Virus record (IMG/VR): IMGVR_UViG_2851971941_000001
Location: 1 to 36,077 of that record
Source of the DNA: a virus
Taxonomy: Duplodnaviria > Heunggongvirae > Uroviricota > Caudoviricetes
Reading direction: 5' to 3' (one strand)
DNA length: 36,077 nucleotides
In this document: positions 18,573 through 27,839 of the stretch, piece by piece
Position numbering within the stretch: position 1 is the stretch's first letter
Layout of the letters: each line of letters begins with the position of its first letter
Made by a program: the position numbers and the translations under genes
Notes under the pieces: model-generated
The model's input: only the letters and a program-made list of their open reading frames with translations
Told to the model about the DNA's origin: nothing
The model's database searches: none

Positions 18573-19069
18573 TGCCGGTAATTAACACGCATCAGAATAT
18601 CGCCGCCTTTCTCGACATGCTGGCCGTGTCCGAAGGGACGGCGAATCACCCGCTGACGAAAAACCGTGGCTATGACGTGATAGTCACCGGACTGGACGGG
18701 AAGCCGGAAATCTTCACCGACTACAGTGACCACCCGTTCGCACATGGCCGACCGGCGAAGGTGTTTAACCGTCGCGGTGAAAAATCCACGGCCTCCGGTC
18801 GCTATCAGCAGCTTTACCTGTTCTGGCCGCATTACCGCAAACAGCTTGCCCTGCCGGATTTCAGTCCGTTGTCACAGGACAGACTTGCCATTCAGTTGAT
18901 CCGCGAACGCGGTGCACTGGATGACATCCGGGCGGGACGCATTGAGCGCGCCATTTCACGCTGTCGCAATATCTGGGCGTCCCTGCCGGGTGCCGGTTAC
19001 GGTCAGCGTGAGCATTCACTGGAAAAACTGGTCACCGTCTGGCGTACCGCTGGCGGCGTACCGGCTTAA
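18572..19069 (+). CDS. K: Endolysin, P2 gpK-like (165 aa)
   Basis: 165 aa, the same length as P2 gpK; ATGA overlap with holin gene; lysis cassette position. Confidence 0.8.
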   Translation: MPVINTHQNIAAFLDMLAVSEGTANHPLTKNRGYDVIVTGLDGKPEIFTDYSDHPFAHGRPAKVFNRRGEKSTASGRYQQLYLFWPHYRKQLALPDFSPLSQDRLAIQLIRERGALDDIRAGRIERAISRCRNIWASLPGAGYGQREHSLEKLVTVWRTAGGVPA

Positions 19070-19083
19070 ACGGAGTAAACACC

Positions 19084-19509
19084 ATGAAGAAATTATCCCT
19101 TTCACTGATGCTGAACGTGTCGCTGGCGCTGATGTTGGCACTGTCCCTGATTTACCCGCAGAGCGTGGCCGTCAATTTTGTCGCTGCCTGGGCGATTCTG
19201 GCGACGGTTATCTGTGTGGTTGCCGGTGGTGTCGGCGTGTATGCCACTGAGTATGTACTGGAACGCTACGGGCGGGAGCTGCCGCCGGAATCGCTGGCCG
19301 TGAAGATTGTCACGTCGCTGTTTTTGCAGCCGGTGCCGTGGTGCAGACGGGCGGCGGCTCTGGTAGTGATGGTGGCGACGTTTATCTCGCTGGTCGCTGC
19401 CGGGTGGATTTTTACCGCGCTGATTTATCTCGTGGCATCGGTGTTCTTCCGGCTGATACGTACGGCCTGCCGTCAGCGTTTTGAGGGGCGGGAACCATGT
19501 CAAGGCTGA
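19084..19509 (+). CDS. lysA: Lysis timing membrane protein LysA (141 aa)
   Basis: 141 aa, multiple hydrophobic segments; position after K as in P2. Confidence 0.7.
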   Translation: MKKLSLSLMLNVSLALMLALSLIYPQSVAVNFVAAWAILATVICVVAGGVGVYATEYVLERYGRELPPESLAVKIVTSLFLQPVPWCRRAAALVVMVATFISLVAAGWIFTALIYLVASVFFRLIRTACRQRFEGREPCQG

Positions 19510-19922
19510 TGATTGTGCTGGTCGTGTTGTTATCGCTGGCGGTGGCGGGGCTGTTTCTGGCGAAGCATGAAAACGCCAGCCTGCGCACCTCACTGGACAG
19601 GGCGAACAACGTCGCCAGTGAACAGCAGACGACCATCACCATGCTGAAAAATCAGCTTCATGTTGCGCTCACCAGGGCAGACAAAAACGAGCTGGCGCAG
19701 GTGGCACTGCGTCAGGAACTGGAGAACGCCGCGAAGCGTGAAGCACAGCGCGAGAAAACCATCACGAGGTTACTCAATGAAAACGAAGATTTTCGCCGCT
19801 GGTACGGCGCTGACCTGCCTGATGCTGTGCGCCGGTTGCACCAGCGCCCCGCCTGCACCGACGCCAGTGATTGTCCACAACGCCTGCCCGAAAGTGAGCC
19901 TTTGCCCGATGCCGGGCAGTGA
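19497..19922 (+). CDS. lysB: Rz-like inner-membrane spanin LysB (141 aa)
   Basis: 141 aa; N-terminal membrane anchor then coiled-coil-like region; overlaps lysA end. Confidence 0.7.
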   Translation: MSRLMIVLVVLLSLAVAGLFLAKHENASLRTSLDRANNVASEQQTTITMLKNQLHVALTRADKNELAQVALRQELENAAKREAQREKTITRLLNENEDFRRWYGADLPDAVRRLHQRPACTDASDCPQRLPESEPLPDAGQ

Positions 19923-20067
19923 CCCGGAGACGAACGGCGATTTAAGTGCCGATATCCGGCAGCTTGAGAACGCGCTGGCACGCTGTGCCAGCCAGGTAAA
20001 AATGGTTAAACACTGTCAGGACGAAAACGATGCTCAAACCCGACAGCCTGCGCAGGGCGCTGACTGA
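19777..20067 (+). CDS. lysC: Rz1-like outer-membrane lipoprotein spanin LysC (96 aa), embedded in +1 frame of lysB
   Basis: Starts MKTKIFAAGTALTCLMLCAGC (signal peptide plus lipobox); Pro-rich mature part; 96 aa as in P2 LysC; begins inside lysB in a different frame. Confidence 0.7.
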   Translation: MKTKIFAAGTALTCLMLCAGCTSAPPAPTPVIVHNACPKVSLCPMPGSDPETNGDLSADIRQLENALARCASQVKMVKHCQDENDAQTRQPAQGAD

Positions 20068-20497
20068 TGCCGTCACGGTGCTGAAAACTAACCCCGATAT
20101 GCTGCGGATATTCGTGGATAACGGGAGTATTGCCTCCACGCTGGCGGCGTCGCTGTCATTCGAAAAGCGTTACACGCTCAATGTGATTGTGACCGACTTT
20201 ACCGGTGATTTTGACCTGCTCATCGTGCCGGTGCTGGCGTGGCTGCGGGAAAATCAGCCCGACATCATGACCACCGACGAAGGCCAGAAAAAGGGCTTCA
20301 CGTTTTATGCGGACATCAACAATGACAGCAGCTTTGATATCAGCATCAGCCTGATGCTGACCGAGCGCACGCTGGTCAGTGAGGTTGGCGGCGCACTGCA
20401 TGTGAAAAATATCCCGGAACCTCCGCCGCCGGAGCCGGTCACCCGCCCGATGGAGCTTTATATCAATGGTGAACTGGTGAGCAAGTGGGATGAATGA
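20030..20497 (+). CDS. R: Tail completion protein R (155 aa)
   Basis: 155 aa, the same length as P2 gpR; synteny. Confidence 0.8.
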   Translation: MLKPDSLRRALTDAVTVLKTNPDMLRIFVDNGSIASTLAASLSFEKRYTLNVIVTDFTGDFDLLIVPVLAWLRENQPDIMTTDEGQKKGFTFYADINNDSSFDISISLMLTERTLVSEVGGALHVKNIPEPPPPEPVTRPMELYINGELVSKWDE

Positions 20498-20942
20498 GTT
20501 TAAGCGCTTTGAAGACCGTCTGACCGGACTGATTGAATCACTGTCACCGTCAGGGCGTCGGCGACTGAGCACCGAACTGGCGAAACGTCTGCGGCAGAGT
20601 CAGCAGCGCCGGGTGATGGCACAGAAAGCCCCGGACGGTACACCCTACGCGCCACGCCAGCAGCAGCGCGCCAGAAAAAAGACCGGTCGTGTTAAGCGAA
20701 AAATGTTTGCGAAACTTATCACCAGTCGTTTTTTGCATATCCGCGCCAGCCCGGAACAGGCATCAATGGAATTTTACGGCGGGAAGTCGCCGAAAATCGC
20801 CAGTGTGCATCAGTTCGGTCTGTCGGAAGAAACCCGGAAAGACGGTAAGAAAATTGATTATCCGGCGCGTACTCTGCTCGGCTTTACCGGTGAGGATGTG
20901 CAGATGATTGAAGAGATTATCCTGGCTCACCTTGAGCGTTAG
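20490..20942 (+). CDS. S: Tail completion protein S (150 aa)
   Basis: 150 aa, the same length as P2 gpS; overlaps end of R. Confidence 0.8.
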   Translation: MNEFKRFEDRLTGLIESLSPSGRRRLSTELAKRLRQSQQRRVMAQKAPDGTPYAPRQQQRARKKTGRVKRKMFAKLITSRFLHIRASPEQASMEFYGGKSPKIASVHQFGLSEETRKDGKKIDYPARTLLGFTGEDVQMIEEIILAHLER

Positions 20943-21013
20943 TTTTATCCAGGCAGAGGCTGATGCGCAATTAAACATTGAGCGGCCGTGCTGGTCGCTC
21001 AATGTTTAGAGGT

Positions 21014-21799
21014 TTATGAGTGGTTTTTATTTGATGCTTTGTATTCTAAAACCTTCTTATTGGCGTAAAGGAATTTTGCATATGACAGGAATATAAGCAG
21101 ACCTGAAATGAAATAGGTTAGGGATATTATTAATAATGTTTTTCTGTGGCTGTTATTATCTTTGATCTCCTGACTTAACCATTCGGAGTCCTCCTCGTTT
21201 AGCTGTAAGAGCTTATTGCAGGCGATTTCAGGAAGTGTGTCTTTTATAAATACGTTTTGCAGTCTCTTGCAATCGGCAAGGCTATAAGTTTTATTAAATT
21301 CAACTGCTTTATTTTTGAAGGATAAAAGAACTTTGTCACTATAAACATAGTACATCATGTTTTTATATGGTATACCTATGGCATCCCTTACTATAGCGGA
21401 TTGTTCATTGTGTATGTAACATGCGAAGATAATATAAAGAATTCCGGCCAGGACTGCACTCATTGTTTTTGTGATGCATAGCGGTTCTGTTATGTCTCCC
21501 CAGAAGCGAGTAAGGAAAAAATCCGATGTTTTTAGTTTTCCATCAATCAGCCCCTGCTGTATCATTCTCACATCTTCGATGCCTGATACATTGATTCCGT
21601 TAAGTGTTTTAAATAGTTGAATGTCGCGCCACTCGCGGTCCAGTCTTTTTAATTTTTTGTCTGAATATCCAAATTTGAAATAATGTGCAATAAGCCTCAT
21701 AAGGTTACTTTTACCAAAGCTAAAAAATGCTAATACTGCAAAGACCAAAAGATACAAAACGATTAGCTCCCACACATTAGTCACATTATAGCTGACCAT
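21014..21799 (-). CDS. Cargo gene at S-V junction: 261-aa multi-pass membrane protein of unknown function
   Basis: Strongly AT-rich, opposite strand to the flanking late operons (the position P2 uses for orf30); hydrophobic segments LIVLYLLVFAVLAFFSF, AVLAGILYIIFACYI and LLIISLTYFISGLLIFLSY. Confidence 0.6.
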   Translation of the reverse strand: MVSYNVTNVWELIVLYLLVFAVLAFFSFGKSNLMRLIAHYFKFGYSDKKLKRLDREWRDIQLFKTLNGINVSGIEDVRMIQQGLIDGKLKTSDFFLTRFWGDITEPLCITKTMSAVLAGILYIIFACYIHNEQSAIVRDAIGIPYKNMMYYVYSDKVLLSFKNKAVEFNKTYSLADCKRLQNVFIKDTLPEIACNKLLQLNEEDSEWLSQEIKDNNSHRKTLLIISLTYFISGLLIFLSYAKFLYANKKVLEYKASNKNHS

Positions 21800-21882
21800 T
21801 ACGCTCTCCTTGAATGTTGTCTGGTGGTTCTACAAATGAATCCAGATAGCATAACTTTTATATATTGTGCAATCTCACATGC

Positions 21883-22518
21883 ATGAACACTCTCGCAAAT
21901 ATTCAGGAACTCGCGCGCGCACTGCGCAACATGATCCGCACCGGCATTATCGTTGAAACCAACCTTAACGCCGGTCGCTGCCGTGTGCAGACCGGCGGCA
22001 TGTGCACCGACTGGCTTCAGTGGCTGACCCATCGCGCCGGACGTTCGCGCACATGGTGGGCACCTTCCGTGGGGGAACAGGTGCTGATTCTGGCCGTGGG
22101 CGGTGAACTCGACACGGCGTTCGTTCTGCCGGGGATTTATTCCGGCGATAACCCTGCGCCGTCTGCGTCGGCTGATGCCCTGCATATCCGTTTCCCTGAC
22201 GGGGCGGTGATTGAGTATGAACCCGAAACCAGTGCACTCACGGTAAGCGGAATTAAAACGGCCAGCGTGACGGCTTCTGATTCTGTTACTGCCACGGTAC
22301 CGGTGGTCACGGTGAAAGCGTCAACCCGTGTCACCCTGGACACACCAGAAGTGGTCTGCACTAACAAACTGACTACCGGCACGCTGGAAGTGCAGAAGGG
22401 CGGGACGATGCGCGGCAACATTGAACACACCGGCGGTGAACTCTCATCAAACGGTAAGGTACTGCATACCCACAAACACCCCGGCGACAGCGGCGGCACA
22501 ACCGGGAGTCCTTTATGA
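21883..22518 (+). CDS. V: Baseplate spike/assembly protein V (211 aa)
   Basis: ATG at 21883 (MNTLANIQE) gives 211 aa, the P2 gpV length; Gly/Thr-rich C-terminal region. Confidence 0.8.
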   Translation: MNTLANIQELARALRNMIRTGIIVETNLNAGRCRVQTGGMCTDWLQWLTHRAGRSRTWWAPSVGEQVLILAVGGELDTAFVLPGIYSGDNPAPSASADALHIRFPDGAVIEYEPETSALTVSGIKTASVTASDSVTATVPVVTVKASTRVTLDTPEVVCTNKLTTGTLEVQKGGTMRGNIEHTGGELSSNGKVLHTHKHPGDSGGTTGSPL

Positions 22519-22862
22519 CAGCGCGTTATCTCGGAATGAATCGCAGTGATGGCCTGACTGTCACTGACCTTGAGCATATCAGCCAGAGTATCGGCGATAT
22601 CCTGCGCACGCCGGTCGGCTCACGGGTGATGCGTCGTGATTACGGCTCGCTGCTGGCGTCAATGATTGACCAGCCGCAGACTCCGGCGCTTGAGTTGCAG
22701 ATTAAGGTCGCCTGTTACATGGCAGTGCTGAAATGGGAACCCCGCGTCACCCTGTCATCCGTCACCACTGAGCGCAGTTTTGACGGGCGAATGACGGTCA
22801 CGTTAACCGGCCAGCACAACGACACCGGCCAGCCACTTTCGTTAACCATCCCTGTGAGTTGA
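22515..22862 (+). CDS. W: Baseplate protein W (115 aa)
   Basis: 115 aa, the same length as P2 gpW; ATGA overlap with V. Confidence 0.8.
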   Translation: MTARYLGMNRSDGLTVTDLEHISQSIGDILRTPVGSRVMRRDYGSLLASMIDQPQTPALELQIKVACYMAVLKWEPRVTLSSVTTERSFDGRMTVTLTGQHNDTGQPLSLTIPVS

Positions 22863-22866
22863 AACC

Positions 22867-23775
22867 ATGCCGATTATCGACCTGAACCAGCTACCCGCAC
22901 CGGATGTGGTCGAGGAGCTGGACTTTGAAACCATTCTTGCCGAACGCAAGGCGACACTGATTTCCCTTTACCCGGAAGACCAGCAGGAGGCGGTCGCCCG
23001 TACCCTGACGCTGGAATCCGAGCCTCTCGTCAAACTGCTGGAGGAAAATGCTTATCGTGAGCTTATCTGGCGTCAGCGTGTGAATGAGGCCGCACGGGCG
23101 GTGATGCTGGCCTGTGCCGCCGGTAATGACCTTGATGTGATTGGTGCCAATTACAACACCACGCGCCTGACTATCACTCCGGCAGATGATTCGACCATCC
23201 CGCCGACACCGGCAGTGATGGAATCTGACACGGATTATCGTCTGCGTATTCAGCAGGCGTTTGAAGGCTTAAGCGTCGCCGGGTCGGTGGGAGCCTATCA
23301 GTATCATGGTCGCAGTGCCGACGGGCGTGTCGCGGATATCTCTGTCACCAGTCCGTCTCCGGCCTGCGTCACCATCTCCGTGCTGTCACGTGAAAATAAC
23401 GGTGTCGCATCCGAAGACCTGCTGGCCGTGGTGCGTAATGCCCTTAATGGCGAGGACGTCAGGCCGGTGGCCGACCGCGTGACCGTGCAGTCTGCCGCCA
23501 TTGTTGAATACCAGATAAACGCCACGCTTTACCTTTACCCTGGTCCCGAAAGCGAACCCATCCGCGCTGCTGCCGTGAAAAAACTGGAAGCGTACATCAC
23601 GGCACAGCACCGGCTGGGGCGCGACATCCGTCTGTCTGCCATTTATGCCGCTTTGCATGTGGAAGGCGTGCAGCGTGTCGAACTGACTGCACCGCTGGCC
23701 GACATCGTGCTCAACAGTACGCAGGCGTCTTTCTGTACCGAATACCGCGTCGTGACCGGAGGCTCGGATGAGTGA
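22867..23775 (+). CDS. J: Baseplate protein J (302 aa)
   Basis: 302 aa, the same length as P2 gpJ; synteny. Confidence 0.85.
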   Translation: MPIIDLNQLPAPDVVEELDFETILAERKATLISLYPEDQQEAVARTLTLESEPLVKLLEENAYRELIWRQRVNEAARAVMLACAAGNDLDVIGANYNTTRLTITPADDSTIPPTPAVMESDTDYRLRIQQAFEGLSVAGSVGAYQYHGRSADGRVADISVTSPSPACVTISVLSRENNGVASEDLLAVVRNALNGEDVRPVADRVTVQSAAIVEYQINATLYLYPGPESEPIRAAAVKKLEAYITAQHRLGRDIRLSAIYAALHVEGVQRVELTAPLADIVLNSTQASFCTEYRVVTGGSDE

Positions 23776-24298
23776 TTCGCGACTGCTGCCGACCGGCTCA
23801 TCACCGCTTGAAGTTGCTGCCGCAAAAGCCTGTGCGGAAATTGAAAAAACACCGGTCAGGATTCGTGAACTGTGGAACCCGGATACCTGTCCGGCAAATC
23901 TGCTGCCGTGGCTGGCGTGGGCGTTTTCGGTCGACAGATGGGATGAAAAGTGGCCGGAAGCGACAAAACGCGCCGTTATCCGCGATGCGTATTTCATCCA
24001 CTGTCATAAAGGCACTATAGGTGCAATCCGGCGTGTGGTGGAGCCGCTCGGCTATCTCATCAACGTGACGGAGTGGTGGGAAAACAGTGACCCGCCCGGC
24101 ACCTTCCGGCTTGATATTGGTGTACTGGAAAGTGGCATCACAGAGGCAATGTATCAGGAAATGGAACGGCTGATTGCTGATGCCAAACCTGCAAGCCGTC
24201 ACCTTATTGGCCTGAACATTACCCGGGACATTCCCGGCTACCTGTTCGCCGGTGGTGTGTCTTACGACGGCGATGTAATTACGGTTTACCCCGGATAA
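23768..24298 (+). CDS. I: Baseplate/tail protein I (176 aa)
   Basis: 176 aa, the same length as P2 gpI; overlaps end of J. Confidence 0.8.
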   Translation: MSDSRLLPTGSSPLEVAAAKACAEIEKTPVRIRELWNPDTCPANLLPWLAWAFSVDRWDEKWPEATKRAVIRDAYFIHCHKGTIGAIRRVVEPLGYLINVTEWWENSDPPGTFRLDIGVLESGITEAMYQEMERLIADAKPASRHLIGLNITRDIPGYLFAGGVSYDGDVITVYPG

Positions 24299-24308
24299 GT
24301 GAGGAATA

Positions 24309-26330
24309 ATGAGCACAAAATTCAAAACCGTTATCACCACTGCCGGTGCAGCAAAGCTGGCAGCGGCAACCGCACCGGGAGGGCGGAAGGTCAACATTAC
24401 CACGATGGCCGTCGGGGATGGCGGTGGTAAATTGCCTGTCCCGGATGCCGGACAGACCGGGCTTATCCACGAAGTCTGGCGACATGCGCTGAACAAAATC
24501 AGCCAGGACAAACGAAACAGTAATTATATTATCGCAGAGCTGGTTATTCCGCCGGAGGTGGGCGGTTTCTGGATGCGTGAGCTTGGCCTGTACGATGATG
24601 CGGGAACGTTAATTGCCGTGGCGAACATGGCCGAAAGTTATAAGCCAGCTCTTGCCGAAGGCTCAGGGCGTTCGCAGACCTGCCGCATGGTCATCATCGT
24701 CAGCAGTGTGGCCTCAGTGGAGCTGACCATTGACACCACAACGGTGATGGCGACGCAGGATTACGTTGATGACAAAATTGCAGAGCACGAACAGTCACGA
24801 CGTCACCCGGACGCCTCGCTGACCGCAAAAGGTTTTACTCAGTTAAGCAGTGCGACCAACAGCATGTCTGAAATGCTTGCCGCAACGCCAAAAGCCGTTA
24901 AGACGGTAATGGATGAAACGAACAAGAAAGCGCCATTAAACAGCCCTGTACTGACCGGAACGCCAACGACGCCAACTGCGCGACAGGGAACGAATAATAC
25001 TCAGATCGCAAACACGGCTTTCGTTATGGCCGCGATTGCCGCCCTTGTAGACTCGTCGCCTGACGCACTGAATACGCTGAACGAGCTGGCGGCGGCGCTG
25101 GGCAATGACCCGAATTTTGCTACCACCATGACTAATGCGCTTGCGGGTAAGCAACCGAAAGATGCTACCCTGACGGCGCTGGCGGGGCTTGCTACTGCGG
25201 CAGACAGGTTTCCGTATTTTACGGGGAATGATGTTGCCAGCCTGGCAACCCTGACAAAAGTCGGGCGGGATATTCTGGCTAAATCGACCGTTGCCGCCGT
25301 TATCGAATATCTCGGTTTACAGGAAACGGTAAACCGAGCCGGGAACGCCGTGCAAAAAAATGGCGATACCTTGTCCGGTGGACTTACTTTTGAAAACGAC
25401 TCAATCCTTGCCTGGATTCGAAATACTGACTGGGCGAAGATTGGATTTAAAAATGATGCCGATGGTGACACTGATTCATTCATGTGGTTTGAAACGGGGG
25501 ATAACGGCAATGAATATTTCAAATGGAGAAGCCGCCAGAGTACTACAACAAAAGACCTGATGAATCTTAAATGGGATGCTTTGTATGTTCTTGTCAATGC
25601 CATTGTAAATGGCGAAGTCATATCAAAATCAGCAAACGGCCTACGTATTGCTTATGGTAATTACGGATTCTTTATTCGTAATGATGGTTCAAATACATAC
25701 TTCATGTTGACAAACTCCGGTGACAACATGGGGACTTATAACGGATTAAGGCCATTATGGATTAATAACGCTACTGGCGCTGTTTCGATGGGGCGTGGCC
25801 TTAATGTTTCAGGGGAGACGCTTTCAGACCGTTTTGCTATTAACAGCAGTAATGGTATGTGGATTCAGATGCGCGATAACAACGCTATCTTTGGGAAAAA
25901 TATAGTTAACACTGATAGCGCTCAGGCGTTGCTTCGCCAGAATCACGCTGACCGCAAGTTCATGATAGGTGGACTGGGGAACAAGCAATTTGGCATCTAC
26001 ATGATTAATAACTCAAGGACAGCCAATGGCACCGATGGTCAGGCGTACATGGATAATAACGGTAACTGGCTTTGTGGCTCGCAAGTTATTCCCGGCAACT
26101 ATGGCAATTTTGATTCCAGATATGTGAAAGATGTTCGACTTGGTTCACAGCAATATTATGGAGTTAACAACTGGCAAACATGGAATTTCCAGTGCCCGTC
26201 AGGTCATGTATTGTCTGGTATTAATGTTCAGGATACAGGGTCCAACTCTGCCGATAATATAGCGGGCGTTTATTACAGACCCGTTCAAAAGTATATAAAT
26301 GGCACCTGGTATAATGTAGCGAGCGTTTAA
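24309..26330 (+). CDS. H: Tail fibre protein H (673 aa), with AT-rich C-terminal receptor-binding half
   Basis: 673 aa versus P2 gpH 669; N-terminal [20 protein letters not shown] is the conserved P2-type start; composition shifts to AT-rich from about nt 25370. Confidence 0.85.
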   Translation: MSTKFKTVITTAGAAKLAAATAPGGRKVNITTMAVGDGGGKLPVPDAGQTGLIHEVWRHALNKISQDKRNSNYIIAELVIPPEVGGFWMRELGLYDDAGTLIAVANMAESYKPALAEGSGRSQTCRMVIIVSSVASVELTIDTTTVMATQDYVDDKIAEHEQSRRHPDASLTAKGFTQLSSATNSMSEMLAATPKAVKTVMDETNKKAPLNSPVLTGTPTTPTARQGTNNTQIANTAFVMAAIAALVDSSPDALNTLNELAAALGNDPNFATTMTNALAGKQPKDATLTALAGLATAADRFPYFTGNDVASLATLTKVGRDILAKSTVAAVIEYLGLQETVNRAGNAVQKNGDTLSGGLTFENDSILAWIRNTDWAKIGFKNDADGDTDSFMWFETGDNGNEYFKWRSRQSTTTKDLMNLKWDALYVLVNAIVNGEVISKSANGLRIAYGNYGFFIRNDGSNTYFMLTNSGDNMGTYNGLRPLWINNATGAVSMGRGLNVSGETLSDRFAINSSNGMWIQMRDNNAIFGKNIVNTDSAQALLRQNHADRKFMIGGLGNKQFGIYMINNSRTANGTDGQAYMDNNGNWLCGSQVIPGNYGNFDSRYVKDVRLGSQQYYGVNNWQTWNFQCPSGHVLSGINVQDTGSNSADNIAGVYYRPVQKYINGTWYNVASV

Positions 26331-26331
26331 T

Positions 26332-26859
26332 ATGATGCACTTAAAGAACATAAAAGCGGGTAACGCTAAAACACTGGAACAGTATGAGTTAACAAAGAAA
26401 CACGGAGTTATCTGGCTTTACTCTGAGGACGGAAAAAACTGGTATGAGGAAGTGAAGAACTTTCAGCCAGACACAATAAAGATAGTTTACGATGAAAATA
26501 ATATTATTATCGCTATCACCAGAGATGCTTCAACGCTTAATCCTGAAGGTTTTAGCGTTGTTGAGGTTCCTGATATTACCTCCAACCGACGTGCTGACGA
26601 CTCAGGTAAATGGATGTTTAAGGATGGTGCTGTGGTTAAACGGATTTATACGGCAGATGAACAGCAACAACAGGCAGAATCACAAAAGGCAGCGTTACTT
26701 TCCGAAGCGGAAAGCGTTATTCAGCCACTGGAACGCGCTGTCAGGCTGAATATGGCGACGGATGAGGAACGTGCACGACTGGAGTCATGGGAACGCTACA
26801 GCGTTCTGGTCAGCCGTGTGGATCCTGTAAATCCTGAATGGCCGGAAATGCCGCAATAA
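26332..26859 (+). CDS. G: Tail fibre assembly chaperone G (175 aa)
   Basis: 175 aa, the same length as P2 gpG; immediately downstream of H; AT-rich like the H 3' half. Confidence 0.8.
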   Translation: MMHLKNIKAGNAKTLEQYELTKKHGVIWLYSEDGKNWYEEVKNFQPDTIKIVYDENNIIIAITRDASTLNPEGFSVVEVPDITSNRRADDSGKWMFKDGAVVKRIYTADEQQQQAESQKAALLSEAESVIQPLERAVRLNMATDEERARLESWERYSVLVSRVDPVNPEWPEMPQ

Positions 26860-27029
26860 GTTGTATGAGCTCTGGTGTGGGCTTACATATCTATGGCACA
26901 GAGAAAAGTCTAATCTGACAGTCCGCTCTGTGCCAGGAACGGATGTTGCTAACAGCGTAGTGTGTTAATATATAAGGCGCAGGTCAGCTTATCTCTCATC
27001 AACTGTCTGAATTCTTGAGGAGCAGTAGT

Positions 27030-27539
27030 ATGGCAGTAATTCCTAGACGAAACGCACCAAGTAAAAAAATGATCTGGCAATACTGGATTGACAATGGAAT
27101 TCAAAGAGGTTTGGATGATACGCGCTATGATAATGCGTGTGATTTCAATGTATGTGTCTGCTGTGGCCGCGAATCCTCGAAATTGGAGAGGGCGCATATT
27201 ATCCCTCACTCATTAGGCGGAAGTAATGATGTCTCAAATTATATTCTGCTATGCAGTAAATGCCATAGAGAAAGCCCAGATATTGCTAATGAATCTGCGC
27301 TTATTGAATGGATGAATGAGCAACCTACTGAAATGGACAGCATGTTAAAACTAATCCAACAGGAAATGGATAAATATAATAAAGAAACTCAAATGGAAGT
27401 TGATGAGGTTCAGATTAAAGAGATTTTCAGTGATTTATTTAAAAGGGCAGGGACGCATGGTGGTAGATTTTCTGATGCAACCAAGGTGTATATTATTAGG
27501 GAGGCTTTGAAAAAAATATTTAGTCAGACTGCTTTATGA
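27030..27539 (+). CDS. Cargo gene at G-FI junction: HNH endonuclease-domain protein (169 aa)
   Basis: ORF 27015..27539 begins on TTG; likely ATG at 27030 with GAGGAG ribosome-binding site; HNH signature CVCCGR...ERAHIIPH...SNDVSN...LLCSKCH (paired Cys plus His-Asn-His); AT-rich. Confidence 0.75.
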   Translation: MAVIPRRNAPSKKMIWQYWIDNGIQRGLDDTRYDNACDFNVCVCCGRESSKLERAHIIPHSLGGSNDVSNYILLCSKCHRESPDIANESALIEWMNEQPTEMDSMLKLIQQEMDKYNKETQMEVDEVQIKEIFSDLFKRAGTHGGRFSDATKVYIIREALKKIFSQTAL

Positions 27540-27712
27540 AATGCTTGTAGTTATCCTGGTTAACTAGTCCATTTAATGTTAAATTTTATTTTGCATTAGA
27601 TTTGAATTTTCTTTTAAGGAAATGTCTGCTTCTTGCTCAAAGCAGACTGTCAGATTTGACAGAATTTTGGTTACATAATTTGTCAGTTGGAAACAGAGAG
27701 AGTACAAATCAA

Positions 27713-27743
27713 GGCAGGCAAGCTGATTGCCCGCCTTTTCTTT
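27713..27743 (+). terminator. Candidate rho-independent terminator downstream of the HNH gene
   Basis: GGCAGGCAA / TTGCCCGCC stem (one mismatch) with 5-nt loop followed by TTTTCTTT. Confidence 0.4.
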
Positions 27744-27839
27744 ATCTGTTGTTTCATCCACTGACCAGCCAGGTCAAATAGCCTCTCATGCTCTGCACAA
27801 CAGAAAATAGTTGCACCCATTAACCACGGAGTTAAACGG

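Noticed and set aside
26895-26934. Inverted repeat GGCACAGAG ... CTCTGTGCC downstream of G
   Set aside because: Loop is about 22 nt and no T-run follows, so not a convincing intrinsic terminator; may be a regulatory or recombination remnant but there is insufficient evidence.
27579-27761. 60-aa minus-strand ORF between the HNH gene and FI
   Set aside because: Lies in an AT-rich intergenic stretch containing hairpins and the likely late promoter for FI; no ribosome-binding site or recognisable protein features; more likely non-coding.
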